NCBI GenBank assembly: GCA_965261395.1
Contig: OZ253462.1
Location: 5,568,001 to 5,632,000, forward strand
Length of the DNA: 64,000 nucleotides
Reading direction: 5' to 3'
Source of the DNA: Candidatus Latescibacterota bacterium
GTDB taxonomy: Bacteria > Latescibacterota > UBA2968 > UBA8231
Below the pieces are notes generated by a model, which saw nothing but the letters and a program-made list of their open reading frames with translations, made no database searches and was not told the origin of the DNA. Of this stretch, positions 52,044-62,965 are shown piece after piece; position 1 is the stretch's first letter, and each line of letters begins with the position of its first letter. The translations under genes and the position numbers were made by a program.

Positions 52044-52736
52044 ATGGACCACATTCGCGACAACTGGGAATTGCTGCGCGGCCGCATCGAGCGGGCATCC
52101 GCGCGTAGCGGGCGCACAGCGCACGCGATTGAGGTCGTTGCCGTCAGCAAAACGCGCAGCGCACGCGAGATCGAGGCCGCTTACGCCTGCGGCTTGCGCC
52201 TCGTGGGCGAAAACCGCATCCAAGAAGCAGCGGCCAAGCATCCGCAGGTCGCCGCGCCGCTTGCCTGGCACTTTGTCGGCCAGTTGCAGACGAATAAAGC
52301 CGGGCGGGCCGTCGAGCTTTTCGACCTCGTGCAGTCGGTCGATTCCGCGCGGCTAGCAAAGGCACTCAGCCGCCGAGCTGGACAGGCAGGTCGAACCATC
52401 GAGGTGCTCTTGCAGGTAAACACGGCCGGCAGCCTGAGCCAAGCCGGAGTGGTGCCCGACCAACTCGTTGATCTAGTCGCAGCCCTCGCACCGCTGCCGC
52501 ACTTGCGGATCCGCGGCCTGATGACCATTGCCGCTCACAGCGAGGACGAAGCCACAGTCCGAGGCTGCTTTCGGACTTTGCGCCAGCTCGGCGAAAAAGT
52601 CGCCGAGTGCGAATTTGCGGGTGTATCCATGGACTACCTGTCCATGGGCATGAGCGGCGACTTTGAACTCGCCATAGCCGAAGGGGCCAATCTGCTGCGC
52701 CTCGGCACGGCGATCTTCGGCCCACGGCCGACCTGA
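52044..52736 (+). CDS. yggS: PLP homeostasis protein
   Basis: VAVSKT, GENRIQE, WHFVGQLQTNK, GLMTI and LSMGMSGD motifs; start re-called. Confidence 0.94.
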   Translation: MDHIRDNWELLRGRIERASARSGRTAHAIEVVAVSKTRSAREIEAAYACGLRLVGENRIQEAAAKHPQVAAPLAWHFVGQLQTNKAGRAVELFDLVQSVDSARLAKALSRRAGQAGRTIEVLLQVNTAGSLSQAGVVPDQLVDLVAALAPLPHLRIRGLMTIAAHSEDEATVRGCFRTLRQLGEKVAECEFAGVSMDYLSMGMSGDFELAIAEGANLLRLGTAIFGPRPT

Positions 52737-52752
52737 TTTACAGGAGATACTC

Positions 52753-53046
52753 GTGTTCGATTTCGGCGGTTTTTTTACAGACGTCAAGGGCCTCCTCATC
52801 ACCCTCATCGAGATCTACAGCTATGTGGTCCTCATCCGGGTGCTGCTCTCGTGGTTCAACCCCAACCCCGACAACCCACTCGTCCAATTCCTGCGCGGCG
52901 TCACCGATCCGGCCCTCGATACAGTGCGCTCCTTCTTGCCGAGGTTTTTTTGGTCAACCGGAATAGACTTTACGCCGATAGTCCTGTTTTTCCTACTCAA
53001 GCTCGTCGTCATCTTTCTCCACCGTATCTTTCCCGCAGCCGGATGA
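52753..53046 (+). CDS. yggT: YggT-family membrane protein
   Basis: RVLLSWF.PNP.NP...TDP...IDFTPI motif. Confidence 0.9.
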   Translation: MFDFGGFFTDVKGLLITLIEIYSYVVLIRVLLSWFNPNPDNPLVQFLRGVTDPALDTVRSFLPRFFWSTGIDFTPIVLFFLLKLVVIFLHRIFPAAG

Positions 53047-56000
53047 GCATGGCACCCCAAACCCCTTTTGCCCCGGTCCCGTCCCAAGTGGACTTTCCCG
53101 CTCAGGAGCGCGATATCCTCGAGTTCTGGCGCGCCGGCGACCTGTATCGCAAATCCGTCGATGCCCGTCCCGTCGAGCAGCCCTTTCGGTTCTACGACGG
53201 ACCGCCCTTTGCGACTGGACTACCCCACTACGGACACCTGCTGGCGTCCATCACTAAGGACGTGGTGCCTCGCTACTGGACGATGCGCGGCTACCGGGTC
53301 GAGCGCCGCTGGGGCTGGGACTGCCACGGCCTGCCTGTCGAGAACGAAGCTGAACAGCAGCTCGGACTCGGGTCGCGGCGCGACATTCTCGCATACGGCG
53401 TGTCCCAGTTCAACGAGGCTTGCCGAGATTTGGTGCTGCGCTACACGGCCGAGTGGCAAAGGCTGATTGAGCGACTAGGGCGCTGGGTTGACTGGGACAA
53501 CCAGTACCGGACGATGGACCCCGATTTCATGGAGTCCGTGTGGTGGGTGTTCAAGTCGCTATGGGACCAGGGCCTTGTCTATGAGGGCTACAAGTCCCTC
53601 GCCTACTGTCCCCGCTGCGCGACACCGCTGTCGAACTTCGAGGTCAATCAGGGCTACCAGGACACTCAGGACCCGTCGATCACAGTGCGCTTCCGCGTCG
53701 CTGGCGAGCAGCGCCTGTCCCTACTCGCTTGGACGACGACCCCGTGGACGTTGCCCTCCAACATGGGCTTGGCCGTCGGCCGCGACATCGACTACGTGCG
53801 AGTCACCACCCGCGACGGAGAGCAGTTAATCCTCGCCGCTTCCCTCGTCGAAGGCCTCTTCCGCCGGCACGACAGCGAAGTCGTAGAGGTAACGCCGATC
53901 GCCGTCGAAGACCTCGTCGGGCTGCGCTACGAGCCTCTGTTCGACTACTTCGCCGACCGCGCCGAGGAGGGCGCTTTCCGCGTCGTGACGGCCGACTTCG
54001 TATCCACCGACGACGGCACTGGCATCGTCCACATTGCCCCAGGATTCGGCGAGGACGATTACCAACTCGGCCTAGCCGAGGGCTTGCCCGTGGTCTGCCC
54101 CATCGACGCCGACTGCTGCTTCACCGACGAGATCCTGGACTTTGCGGGCACTTTCGTGAAGGACACCGATACGCCCCTCATCCGCCGCTTGCGCTCCTCG
54201 GGTCAGCTATTCTCCGAAAGCTCCATTGAGCACTCGTACCCATTCTGCTGGCGCTGTGACTCACCCCTCATCTACCGCACGATCTCCACTTGGTTCGTAA
54301 AAATCGAAGGCGAGGTGAAGGAAAAGATGCTCGCCGCCAATCAGCAGATCTGGTGGATTCCTGAACACATCCGCAATGGCCGCTTCGGCAAGGGCGTTGA
54401 GTCGGCACCGGACTGGGCCGTAAGCCGCAACCGCTACTGGGGAACGCCGCTGCCGATCTGGCGCAACGAGGAAACGGGCGAAGCCATGTGCGTCGGCAGC
54501 CGCCAGGAGCTGTGCGAACTCACCGGACGCGACGTCGATGACCTGCACAAGCACTTCATCGACGATCTCGAGATCCCGGCACCGTCCGGGAACGGCTCGC
54601 TGCGGCGCGTGCCCGAGGTACTCGACTGCTGGTTCGAGTCTGGGTCCATGCCGTACGCGCAAAGCCACTACCCCTTTGGCCGACGCGAGGACTTCGAAGC
54701 CTCTTTCCCCGCCGACTTCATCTCCGAGAACCTCGATCAGACTCGCGGGTGGTTCTACACCCTGACGATCCTAGCTGCGGCGCTGTTCGACAAGCCGGCT
54801 TTCCACAACTGCATCGTCGGCGGCATGCTGCTAGCCGCCGACGGACGCAAGCTGAGCAAGCGCTTGAAGAACTATCCCGATCCGGCTGAGATGCTCGAGA
54901 CCTACGGCGCCGACGCCTTGCGCCTCTATCTGCTCAACTCGCCGGCCATGAAGGCCGAGGAGATGCGCCTTACCGAAGAGGGCATCAAGCAGAGCCTGCG
55001 CGATGTCATCATCCCCTTGTGGAATGCCTATAGCTTCTTTGTCACTTACGCGGCTATTGACGGTTGGACGCCAGACGAGAGCCGTGCGCAGACGCTCGAC
55101 CACCGCCTCGACCGCTGGATTCTTTCGGAGTTGCAGACCCTGCTCCGCGATCTCAACGCCGAAATGGAAGCCTACCGGCTCTATCGCACGGTGCCGGCGA
55201 TGGTGGCCTTTACCGAGAAGCTGACCAACTGGTACATCCGCCGCAGCCGCCGCCGCTTCTGGAAGTCCGAAGACGACCAAGACAAGGCGGCGGCGTACGA
55301 CACCCTCTATCGGGTGCTGGTGACCTTCATCAAGGCCCTCGCGCCGGTCTTGCCCTTTATCACCGAGACTATCTACCAGAACTTGGTGCGCCGCGTGGAT
55401 GCCGAGGCCCCCGAAAGCATCCATCTGTGCGACATGCCGCAGGCCGACGAACACTTGCGCGACGCCGCCTTAGAGCAGCAAATGGAACTGGCGACGCGGG
55501 CCGTAGTCTTGGGCCGCTCGCTGCGCAGCAAGCACGAGCTCAAGGTGCGCCAGCCGCTGCGGCACCTATGGCTTTTGCCCCCCAACGGACACAGCCATCA
55601 CGGGCTGGAGCAGATGACCGACCTCCTAGCCGACGAGCTCAACGTCAAGGAGATAGTGCTGGTGGAGGACGAGACCGAGTTCAGCGAGGTCTCCTACCGG
55701 CCCGACTTCCGCGCCTTAGGGCCGCGCTTCGGCAAGCGGATGCCAGAAGTCGCCGCCCGCATCCAAGCCCTAACGGCCGAGGAGGTACACCTCCTCGAAA
55801 ATGGCGGCCAGCTCTCCGTGGCCGGCGGCGAAATCGGGTTAGCCGACATCGCCGTGCAGCGCCGGGAGAAAGAGGGCGTGGTGGTAGCCCTCGACAACAA
55901 CCTCGGGGTGGGGCTGGACATCCAGCTCGACGATGAGCTAATCGCCGAGTGCACCGCGCGCGAATTCGTCAACCGCGTGCAGAACATGCGCAAAGATGCC

Positions 56001-56204
56001 GGGCTAGATGTCGCCGACCGCATCTGCGTCTGGATGCGAGGCGACGCCGCTTTGGAGGAAGCGGTTCAGCAGCACAGCTCGTACATCGCCGCCGAAATCT
56101 TAGCGCTGGCCCTCCGCACCGGAGACCTGCCTCAAGAGGCGCTCTTGCAGCAGGAGCGGCAGGTCAACGGTCTCGACGGCACCATTGCTATCGCTAAGGC
56201 CTAG
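53043..56204 (+). CDS. ileS: Isoleucine-tRNA ligase, type 2
   Basis: FYDGPPFATGLPHYGH, WTTTPWTLPSN, GTGIVH, WAVSRNRYWG, DQTRGWF and KLSKR; long type-2 C-terminus. Confidence 0.97.
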   Translation: MSMAPQTPFAPVPSQVDFPAQERDILEFWRAGDLYRKSVDARPVEQPFRFYDGPPFATGLPHYGHLLASITKDVVPRYWTMRGYRVERRWGWDCHGLPVENEAEQQLGLGSRRDILAYGVSQFNEACRDLVLRYTAEWQRLIERLGRWVDWDNQYRTMDPDFMESVWWVFKSLWDQGLVYEGYKSLAYCPRCATPLSNFEVNQGYQDTQDPSITVRFRVAGEQRLSLLAWTTTPWTLPSNMGLAVGRDIDYVRVTTRDGEQLILAASLVEGLFRRHDSEVVEVTPIAVEDLVGLRYEPLFDYFADRAEEGAFRVVTADFVSTDDGTGIVHIAPGFGEDDYQLGLAEGLPVVCPIDADCCFTDEILDFAGTFVKDTDTPLIRRLRSSGQLFSESSIEHSYPFCWRCDSPLIYRTISTWFVKIEGEVKEKMLAANQQIWWIPEHIRNGRFGKGVESAPDWAVSRNRYWGTPLPIWRNEETGEAMCVGSRQELCELTGRDVDDLHKHFIDDLEIPAPSGNGSLRRVPEVLDCWFESGSMPYAQSHYPFGRREDFEASFPADFISENLDQTRGWFYTLTILAAALFDKPAFHNCIVGGMLLAADGRKLSKRLKNYPDPAEMLETYGADALRLYLLNSPAMKAEEMRLTEEGIKQSLRDVIIPLWNAYSFFVTYAAIDGWTPDESRAQTLDHRLDRWILSELQTLLRDLNAEMEAYRLYRTVPAMVAFTEKLTNWYIRRSRRRFWKSEDDQDKAAAYDTLYRVLVTFIKALAPVLPFITETIYQNLVRRVDAEAPESIHLCDMPQADEHLRDAALEQQMELATRAVVLGRSLRSKHELKVRQPLRHLWLLPPNGHSHHGLEQMTDLLADELNVKEIVLVEDETEFSEVSYRPDFRALGPRFGKRMPEVAARIQALTAEEVHLLENGGQLSVAGGEIGLADIAVQRREKEGVVVALDNNLGVGLDIQLDDELIAECTAREFVNRVQNMRKDAGLDVADRICVWMRGDAALEEAVQQHSSYIAAEILALALRTGDLPQEALLQQERQVNGLDGTIAIAKA

Positions 56205-56238
56205 TGCAAACGGACGATGCGAAAAGAGGTAAAACAAA

Positions 56239-56643
56239 ATGAACAACAAACCCAATCAGATGGATAAAGAACATCTCGATTTTTTTAAGAAGTTGCTCCT
56301 CGAAAAAATCGCCCAGACTTCGGGCGACGTCGAAGCCATCGAAAACACCTCGCGCAACGACGCCCGGGAAACGGCCTCCGAGGACCGTTCGACCTACTCA
56401 CTACACATGGCCGACCACGGGACCGACGCCATGGAGCGAGAGAAATCCCTGCTCCTCGCCCAGCGCGGTGGCGATTACATCGACTACTTAAACGAGGCCC
56501 TGCAACGCATCGAGGACGGTACCTTTGGGATCTGCCGCACCTGCAAGGGGCCAATCGGCCGCGGCCGCCTAGAGGCCGTGCCCACCGCCACCCAGTGCAT
56601 TAGCTGCAAGTCCAAGCGCGAGGAGGCGTCGGACTTAGAGTGA
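56239..56643 (+). CDS. dksA: DksA/TraR C4 zinc-finger protein
   Basis: HMADHGT coiled-coil tip, ALQRIEDGTFGICRTC...RLEAVP..QCISC. Confidence 0.8.
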   Translation: MNNKPNQMDKEHLDFFKKLLLEKIAQTSGDVEAIENTSRNDARETASEDRSTYSLHMADHGTDAMEREKSLLLAQRGGDYIDYLNEALQRIEDGTFGICRTCKGPIGRGRLEAVPTATQCISCKSKREEASDLE

Positions 56644-57122
56644 GGTTCCTGTGGATCATACCGCTGGCCGTAGTCATCGATCAAGCGAGCAAATTCATCG
56701 TCCGCGGCTCCATGGCGCTGCACCAATCCGAGCCTGTGCTCGGCGACTTTTTCCGCCTGACCTACATCCACAACCCCGGCGCGGCCTTCGGGCTGAACGT
56801 GGGCAGCCCGCTTTTGCACACCGCCTTCTCGATCCTCGCGCTCGGCATCCTCGTGTACCTCTATCGCTCGCTCGCCGCAAACGAGCGGCTCTTGCGCCTA
56901 GCCCTCTGCCTAGTATTAGGCGGTGCTGTGGGCAACATCATCGACCGCCTGTACTTGGGGGAAGTAGTGGATTTTTTCGACTTCGGCCTCGGGGATTTGC
57001 GCTGGCCGATCTTCAACTTTGCCGATTCCTTCGTCACCGTTGGCGTCTTGCTCTTGGCCTTGGGCTACTCGCGCCGCGAAAAAGCCCCGGCTAGCCCCGC
57101 AGAAGAAGCCACCCCAAGCTAA
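56640..57122 (+). CDS. lspA: Lipoprotein signal peptidase
   Basis: DQASK, NPGAAFG, GAVGNIIDR, VVDF and FNFAD motifs. Confidence 0.96.
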   Translation: MRFLWIIPLAVVIDQASKFIVRGSMALHQSEPVLGDFFRLTYIHNPGAAFGLNVGSPLLHTAFSILALGILVYLYRSLAANERLLRLALCLVLGGAVGNIIDRLYLGEVVDFFDFGLGDLRWPIFNFADSFVTVGVLLLALGYSRREKAPASPAEEATPS

Positions 57123-57126
57123 CGCC

Positions 57127-58077
57127 ATGCACCTCGTCGTTGACGTCGAGGCTCCCGAGCGGCTCGATCTCTTTCTGCGCCCCCGCTGTCCCGAGCTTTC
57201 TCGGAGCCGCATCCAAACGCTGATCAAGTCCGGGGCGATTCGCGTCAATGGTGCGCAGACGCGCCCGGCGTACTTGGTCCAGCTCGGGGACGAGATCGCC
57301 GTCGAACTGCCCGAGCCCGAGCCGCTAGCCGCTTTCCCCGAATCGCTGCCCCTGTCCATCGCGTACGAAGACGACGACCTGCTAGTTGTGAACAAAGCGG
57401 CTGGCATGACCGTGCATCCGGCTCCGGGCGCGACCGAGGGCACCCTCGTCAACGCGCTGTTGCACCACTGTCGCGATCTGTCGGGCATCAACGGCACCCT
57501 CCGGCCAGGGATCGTCCACCGGCTCGATAAGGAGACGAGCGGTTTGCTCGTGGTGGCCAAGCGCGATACAGCCCACCGGGCGTTGGCCGCAAGGCTCCAA
57601 GCTCACCAAGTCGAACGCCACTACCTAGCCTTAGTATGGGGCGTCTTGCGCGAGGAAAGCGGCCGGATCGAGGCCCCGATTGGGCGCCATCCCAAGAATC
57701 GCAAAAAGATGGCCGTAGTCGAGGATGGGCGGGATGCGGCAACCAATTTCAGCGTCATCGAGCGCTGTCCCTTTACGACCTGGGTCGAGTGCCAGCTAGA
57801 GACGGGACGGACGCATCAGATTCGCGTGCATCTGGCCCACATCGGCCATCCCGTCTTCGGCGATCCAGTGTACGGCGGCCGCGACCAAGCCAGAGGGATC
57901 CGCCCCGAGTACCGGCGTCAAGCCAACTGGATGCTGAGTTTGATCAAACGCCAAGCCCTGCATGCAAAAAAACTGTGCTTCGCGCATCCGACTACCGGAG
58001 AAATGATGGAGTTTACCGCGCCACTGCCAGAGGATTTGCGAGCCGTATTAGAGGCGGCGCGGATGAAGAGCGGATAG
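57127..58077 (+). CDS. rluD: RluA/RluD-family pseudouridine synthase
   Basis: S4 domain RLD, NKAAGMTVHP, VHRLDKETSG, TGRTHQIRVH and QALHA motifs. Confidence 0.92.
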   Translation: MHLVVDVEAPERLDLFLRPRCPELSRSRIQTLIKSGAIRVNGAQTRPAYLVQLGDEIAVELPEPEPLAAFPESLPLSIAYEDDDLLVVNKAAGMTVHPAPGATEGTLVNALLHHCRDLSGINGTLRPGIVHRLDKETSGLLVVAKRDTAHRALAARLQAHQVERHYLALVWGVLREESGRIEAPIGRHPKNRKKMAVVEDGRDAATNFSVIERCPFTTWVECQLETGRTHQIRVHLAHIGHPVFGDPVYGGRDQARGIRPEYRRQANWMLSLIKRQALHAKKLCFAHPTTGEMMEFTAPLPEDLRAVLEAARMKSG

Positions 58078-58115
58078 TGCGCGACGCGATCGATAAACAA
58101 AGAGGAGGACTGCCT

Positions 58116-59477
58116 GTGGACTTTCGACTCAACGACGACGAGATGCTCGCCTTTATCGCGCGGGGGTACCATATCTTGCACCCCGCAATCGACGCGGATA
58201 TACACCAAGCGGTTTGCGCGCAGACCCGCGCCGCCTTTGTCCAAGGCGAAAATCCCGGCAACGCCATCTACGAGCAGGTCCCGGCACTTGCGCAGGTATT
58301 GTCGTATCCGCAGGTGGTGGGGGCGCTGACGAGCATCTTGGGCGCGGATTATCACCTGCTCTGCCACCGCCATGCCCACCTGACCCAACCCGGCCAAGCC
58401 GCCGGCGGGTTTCACCAAGACGGGACGCCGCGGGCCTTGCGGGGCTGGACCCGCCCTTGGCGCTATGGTCACCGGCCGCGCAAGGTGCTGCTGGTGTACT
58501 TCCCCCATGCGGTGCCCAAAGAGTTGGGGCCGACGACCTTGGCACCTGGGTCGCAATACTATCGGCAGCGGCCCGAAGCGATGGAGGCCTTGGAATGCGG
58601 GATCGAGGGCGAGGCCGGGGTGATGGCCATCTGCCATTTCTCGTGCTGGCACCGGGCCGGGGCTAATACAAGCGACACCGAGCGGATTATGCTCAAGTTT
58701 GTCTTCGACCGCCGGGGCGAGCCGCAAGGGCCTAGCTGGCAGGCCACAGCGAACTACAATCCCGATTTTGCCGCGACCGCGCGCCAATGGTCGGCACTTC
58801 CCGACGGACGCTTGTTGTGCCTGCCCAAGACTTGGCAAACCATGTGGAACTGGCTTGGCGGCCGCGGGGCCGAGCGGCTCGGTGGCACGGAGTCGGTGGC
58901 GTCGCTATTCAAAGGCTTAGCGTCGGACCAGGAACACGAGGCCCTGGAGGCGGCCTATGGTCTGGGTGGGCAAGTAGATGCCGATGGAGCGCGGGCTTTA
59001 GCCGCCCGGATGCGCCACGGGGGCGAGCAAGAGCGCGAGATGGCGGCGGTGGCACTGAGTGCGGCGGGCCGCGTTGCAGTGGATGCGCTGCGCGAGACGC
59101 TGGCGGACCCCGATCCCTATCTGCGAGCGATGGCCGCGGATATCGCGGGTGATCTGGGGAGCGAAAGCCTAGCGCTGGTACCCGATGTGGAACGCGCTAT
59201 AGACGACGAGGATGTCTGGGTGCGGCACAATGCGCTACAGACGCTGTCACTATGGGGCCGGGAGGCGCGCGGTGCGGAGGAGCGGGTAGTAGAGGCGCTA
59301 ACCGACGCCGAGCCTTTTGTGCGCTTTAACGCCCTCGGCGCGCTGATGAATATGCGTCCCTTGGATGCGCGTTGTGCCGAGTGGTTGCAGCATATCGCCA
59401 CCAACGATGCAGCGCACCCCCAATGGCAGGCACAAGATGCGTTGCGGCGGTGGGACAACGCGGCGTTGCGCTATTGA
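58116..59477 (+). CDS. Phytanoyl-CoA dioxygenase (PhyH)-like domain fused to HEAT/PBS repeats
   Basis: GTG start after AGGAGG; FHQDG (HxD), GPT..PGSQ, WHRAGAN; C-terminal helical repeats (DPDPYLRAMAA, DEDVWVRHNA, DAEPFVRFNA). Confidence 0.75.
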   Translation: MDFRLNDDEMLAFIARGYHILHPAIDADIHQAVCAQTRAAFVQGENPGNAIYEQVPALAQVLSYPQVVGALTSILGADYHLLCHRHAHLTQPGQAAGGFHQDGTPRALRGWTRPWRYGHRPRKVLLVYFPHAVPKELGPTTLAPGSQYYRQRPEAMEALECGIEGEAGVMAICHFSCWHRAGANTSDTERIMLKFVFDRRGEPQGPSWQATANYNPDFAATARQWSALPDGRLLCLPKTWQTMWNWLGGRGAERLGGTESVASLFKGLASDQEHEALEAAYGLGGQVDADGARALAARMRHGGEQEREMAAVALSAAGRVAVDALRETLADPDPYLRAMAADIAGDLGSESLALVPDVERAIDDEDVWVRHNALQTLSLWGREARGAEERVVEALTDAEPFVRFNALGALMNMRPLDARCAEWLQHIATNDAAHPQWQAQDALRRWDNAALRY

Positions 59478-59517
59478 TAGAGAACGACCAGAGCGAGTTG
59501 CGCTGAAAGGAAAAACC

Positions 59518-60933
59518 ATGCACGAGACCAACCTACTGAGAGCCGGAGCGGCGATGATCGACATTACTCCGCCTGCGGGGACGCATCTGGCGGGCAGCGG
59601 GGCTGGCGAGCACCGCCCAGCCCAAGCCGTGATGGATCCGCTCTTTGCCAAAGCCATCGTCTTTGAGTCGGGTGGGCAGCGCGTCTGTATGGTGATATCA
59701 GATCTGACCATTGTCACCGGCGACTACACGGACCAAATCCGCGCCGCCATCGGCGAGCAAACGGGCATCGCGCCGGAGGCGATCATGATCCAAGCGACCC
59801 AGACGCATTCCGCCCCGAGCCTCGGCTACTTTATGCTGGATCCAGATTTCCCATTGGAGACCACTGCGGAGACCGAGTATCTGCGCGGGGCCGAACGCGC
59901 CTACAGCGACCGGGCCGCTGCCGCCGCAGTCGAAGCCGCAGTCGAAGCGGTGAGTAAACTGCAACCTGTGCGCATCGGTTTGGGGCGCGGCGTGTTGGGC
60001 GACTTGGCTTTCAATCGCCGTGGCGTGCGCCGCGACGGCACCATTGCCATGCCCAAGCCGCAAGGTCGGGAACAGCAGCCGTTCGGGATCGCGGATATCT
60101 GCTATCTCGAAGGACCGATGGACCCGGAAGTCGGCGTGTGCTGCGTACAGGATATGAATATGCAGCCGCTGGCCTTTCTCCTGCACTACACCTGCCACCC
60201 GGTCAATGCGTTCGGGTACCGCGAGACCTACCGGGCCGTGTCGGCGGATTGGCCTGGCGCTTGGGCGCGGGAGATGCAGCAGCTATTCGGTGGCGACGCA
60301 GTGCCGTTGGTCGTCAACGGCTGCTGCGGCAACATCAACCCCTGGCATCCCTTCGACCCAGATTGCCGGCCGGACCACCAGCGGATGGGGCGCGAGCTAG
60401 CCCAGATGAGCGAACGAATCGTGCACAATATGGCCTTTGCCAACGATGCTGCGTTGGATTGTAGAATCGAAAAGGTCGGCCTACCCTATCGCGAGATTCC
60501 GGCCGAGCGGTTGCGAGAGGTCAACGCGATTCTCGCCAAGGATCCGCAACCGCCACGCGGCGCAAACGGCGAAGTGGATCCGCACTGGTTCCGGGCCGCA
60601 TCGACCCACAGCGTCGAACTAGCCCGGCAGCGGGACGCTGAATTCCCCTATGAGATCCAGGCTTTCCGCATCGGCGACCTCGGCGTAATTGGCCTGCCTG
60701 GCGAACCTTTTGTCGAAGGACAGCTCGCGCTCAAAACGAACTCAGCAGCGCCTTTTCTCTTTCCAGCGCACCTCACGACGCACTATGTAGGCTACCTGCC
60801 GACGCGGGCAGCCTACGCCCGAGGCGGCCACGAGGCCAACGAAGACGTTACCTACTGGGCCAAGCTCGCCCCCGGCAGCCTCGAAACGGTCGTCGAGCAG
60901 GCCCGGACGCTGGTGGAAGAACTGTTTGTATGA
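59518..60933 (+). CDS. Neutral/alkaline ceramidase-like hydrolase
   Basis: AGAA.IDITP, DPLFAKA, TQTHSAP, NRR, YTCHP, SADWPG, GCCGNINP and PGEPF motifs. Confidence 0.75.
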   Translation: MHETNLLRAGAAMIDITPPAGTHLAGSGAGEHRPAQAVMDPLFAKAIVFESGGQRVCMVISDLTIVTGDYTDQIRAAIGEQTGIAPEAIMIQATQTHSAPSLGYFMLDPDFPLETTAETEYLRGAERAYSDRAAAAAVEAAVEAVSKLQPVRIGLGRGVLGDLAFNRRGVRRDGTIAMPKPQGREQQPFGIADICYLEGPMDPEVGVCCVQDMNMQPLAFLLHYTCHPVNAFGYRETYRAVSADWPGAWAREMQQLFGGDAVPLVVNGCCGNINPWHPFDPDCRPDHQRMGRELAQMSERIVHNMAFANDAALDCRIEKVGLPYREIPAERLREVNAILAKDPQPPRGANGEVDPHWFRAASTHSVELARQRDAEFPYEIQAFRIGDLGVIGLPGEPFVEGQLALKTNSAAPFLFPAHLTTHYVGYLPTRAAYARGGHEANEDVTYWAKLAPGSLETVVEQARTLVEELFV

Positions 60934-61093
60934 GTTAGGGATCGCAGGCGTTCACGTACGGGAGGATGGGAGTCCGACGAACCCAACTTCACGCTCCCCT
61001 CTGTCGGCCGCTTCCTGAATGCGAATGACGTCACGCGTCGAGCGCAGCACGGCAGCGGTATCGAGTCCGTTGGCGGGCACTTTGTTAGTTTTT

Positions 61094-62796
61094 TTACTCA
61101 AAGGGATCGCCTCTCCGTCCGCCAAGATATTCGTCTGCAAGTTCTAGAAGCTCATCTGCTCTATCCAGCTTTGCAATTTTCAGACTCTCAATCCGTTCCT
61201 TCAGCGTTGCCTCGTCACCGTAAAGTTCGATCAGTTCATTCCAAGCTAAACGCGGAGAGCGTTGGACTGCCCGGCTTTCCATTGATTGACCTAAGGCTTC
61301 ACTCCGAGCAGCACGAAGCAGAGCTAACGTCAATTTAGGTGAATTGTCGATTGTGAACGGGCTTTCCGATGGACCAGCAGCCTGTTTCATACAAAGAAAA
61401 ATCCTTAAAAGTTCATGCTCATCCGCCAGAGTATCAACCGAGGCTAGTCGCACTTCGTCACGCCAATCCTTCTCAAACTCTGATGCCATTTGTTCCGCTA
61501 CTAACTCATGGCCAACGCCGTCTTGGTACCCGACAATGCTGATCAGTTCCAATTTCGAAGACAAGGACCTCAACTCAGGTAGGATCTGGCGTACTGCTTT
61601 TTCAACTTTAGCAGGGTCATTCAAAGATTTCAAGAGGCGAGAAGAGACATAAGGAACGGCCCGTCTAGAATGCAAATCAAACATGCTCCTCTGTCGCTCG
61701 GGAAGTGGCAAAAGATTAAGCAATACGATCGTTCCCGACACTACGTGTTCTGAGGCGAGCTGTTCCTCGAATACCTCTAACGATATTATAACATCCTGTA
61801 GTTGTGACGGATCGAGAGAACGCAAGTAGTTATCGAAGGCATCACGATCAGCGATGTATTTCCATGCCTGCTCTGCTCCCATAACGGCTTGCAGATTTTC
61901 ATTGGCGATACGCTCCAAGTAAAGCCGCAGAATATCCCCATGTGCGACGCGACGCTCCTTAAGCCATTTATTCTTCCAGCTACTGCCGTAGGCGTTGGGA
62001 ATATTACCAATACAATACTCCCCAACCGGAAAGAGTCTCCTAATCATACTTTCAACGATGTGCCTTTGATCTCTACCGGCCTCGATCAAGCCATTGACCT
62101 GTGCTTTAAGGTGAGTCGGATCGATGAGACCGACAGAGGCGGAATCGGATGTAAGACCGTCAATGGCACCGTGCAAGAGCTTGAAAACGTCTGGAAGGAA
62201 CATGCGAATGGCTTCGAGTGCTAGTAGGTCGGCAAGCTCGATTTGTCCATTAAGGGAGCTTACGGTACCATGGACGGCAGCAGCGTATCGTCTAACATCT
62301 CGCATATTTCGGATAAGTGGCTGGATGATCTCCATACGTATATCTGGCCAGACTTGCTCATCAAACGGGCCGGTATTTTCTATATTGTCAAGGGTTTTAT
62401 CCAAGGCCGAGGTTATCTGCTGGTGAAGCACATGACTAGGCACTACAGGCAAATCAACCACGTCTTGAAGGATTTTCTCAAATAGTCGCGCCCCGGTACT
62501 CCCTGCTCACCAAGTGCCTCTTCGACGCGCTCTCGGTCAAAGGCCACGATATAAATGATATGGGGAAAGTTAGCCGTCAGCCGAACCAGCTTGAAAACGT
62601 CTCGGATTTCAGATGTCTCCAACCGATCAATGTCGTCGAGTATCACTACAATCGGTTTATCGAGATCAGAAAGAGCTTTTTCGAGCTTGCTGCGCTGACC
62701 ACCAACACCTTCTTTCCGATGCTGAAGGAGCTTGCCTGTGATTTTCGTTGCACCGCGAAATCGATCAAGCCATGTACCGACAACAGGCAGCCATCC
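61094..62796 (-). pseudogene. KAP-family P-loop NTPase, frameshifted and 5'-truncated
   Basis: Walker B IVVILDDIDRL, YIVAFD, DYL|EKILQ..DLP split by a 1-nt deletion near 62480, NMRDVRR; the Walker A region is missing. Confidence 0.85.
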
Positions 62797-62962
62797 TATT
62801 GAGTCCTGCAAATATAAAGGAATGTTTTACAGTTTAAGTTGTGCATACTTGAAGAAGCCTCTAATCAGGTCGTTATCGTGATGCTGGGCGGTGATCGACA
62901 TGCAGACCGCATCTGCTACGTCGTCGATGTGGTCTGGAATGAAGTTGGCTAGATCGCCATAC
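62797..62962 (-). mobile_element. IS630-family right-end remnant
   Basis: Minus strand encodes YGDLANFIPDHIDDVADAV...LIRGFFKYAQLKL* (62827-62962), resembling IS630 transposase tails. It is followed by ...GCAGGACTCAATA ending at a TA that abuts the KAP gene. Confidence 0.6.
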
Positions 62963-62965
62963 TTA

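Noticed and set aside
57636-58115. N-terminal extension of the 613-aa ORF
   Set aside because: It overlaps rluD, and a strong AGGAGG precedes GTG 58116
60934-61093. Short ORF or fragment between the ceramidase-like gene and the KAP pseudogene
   Set aside because: No RBS, motif or RNA structure that I can support
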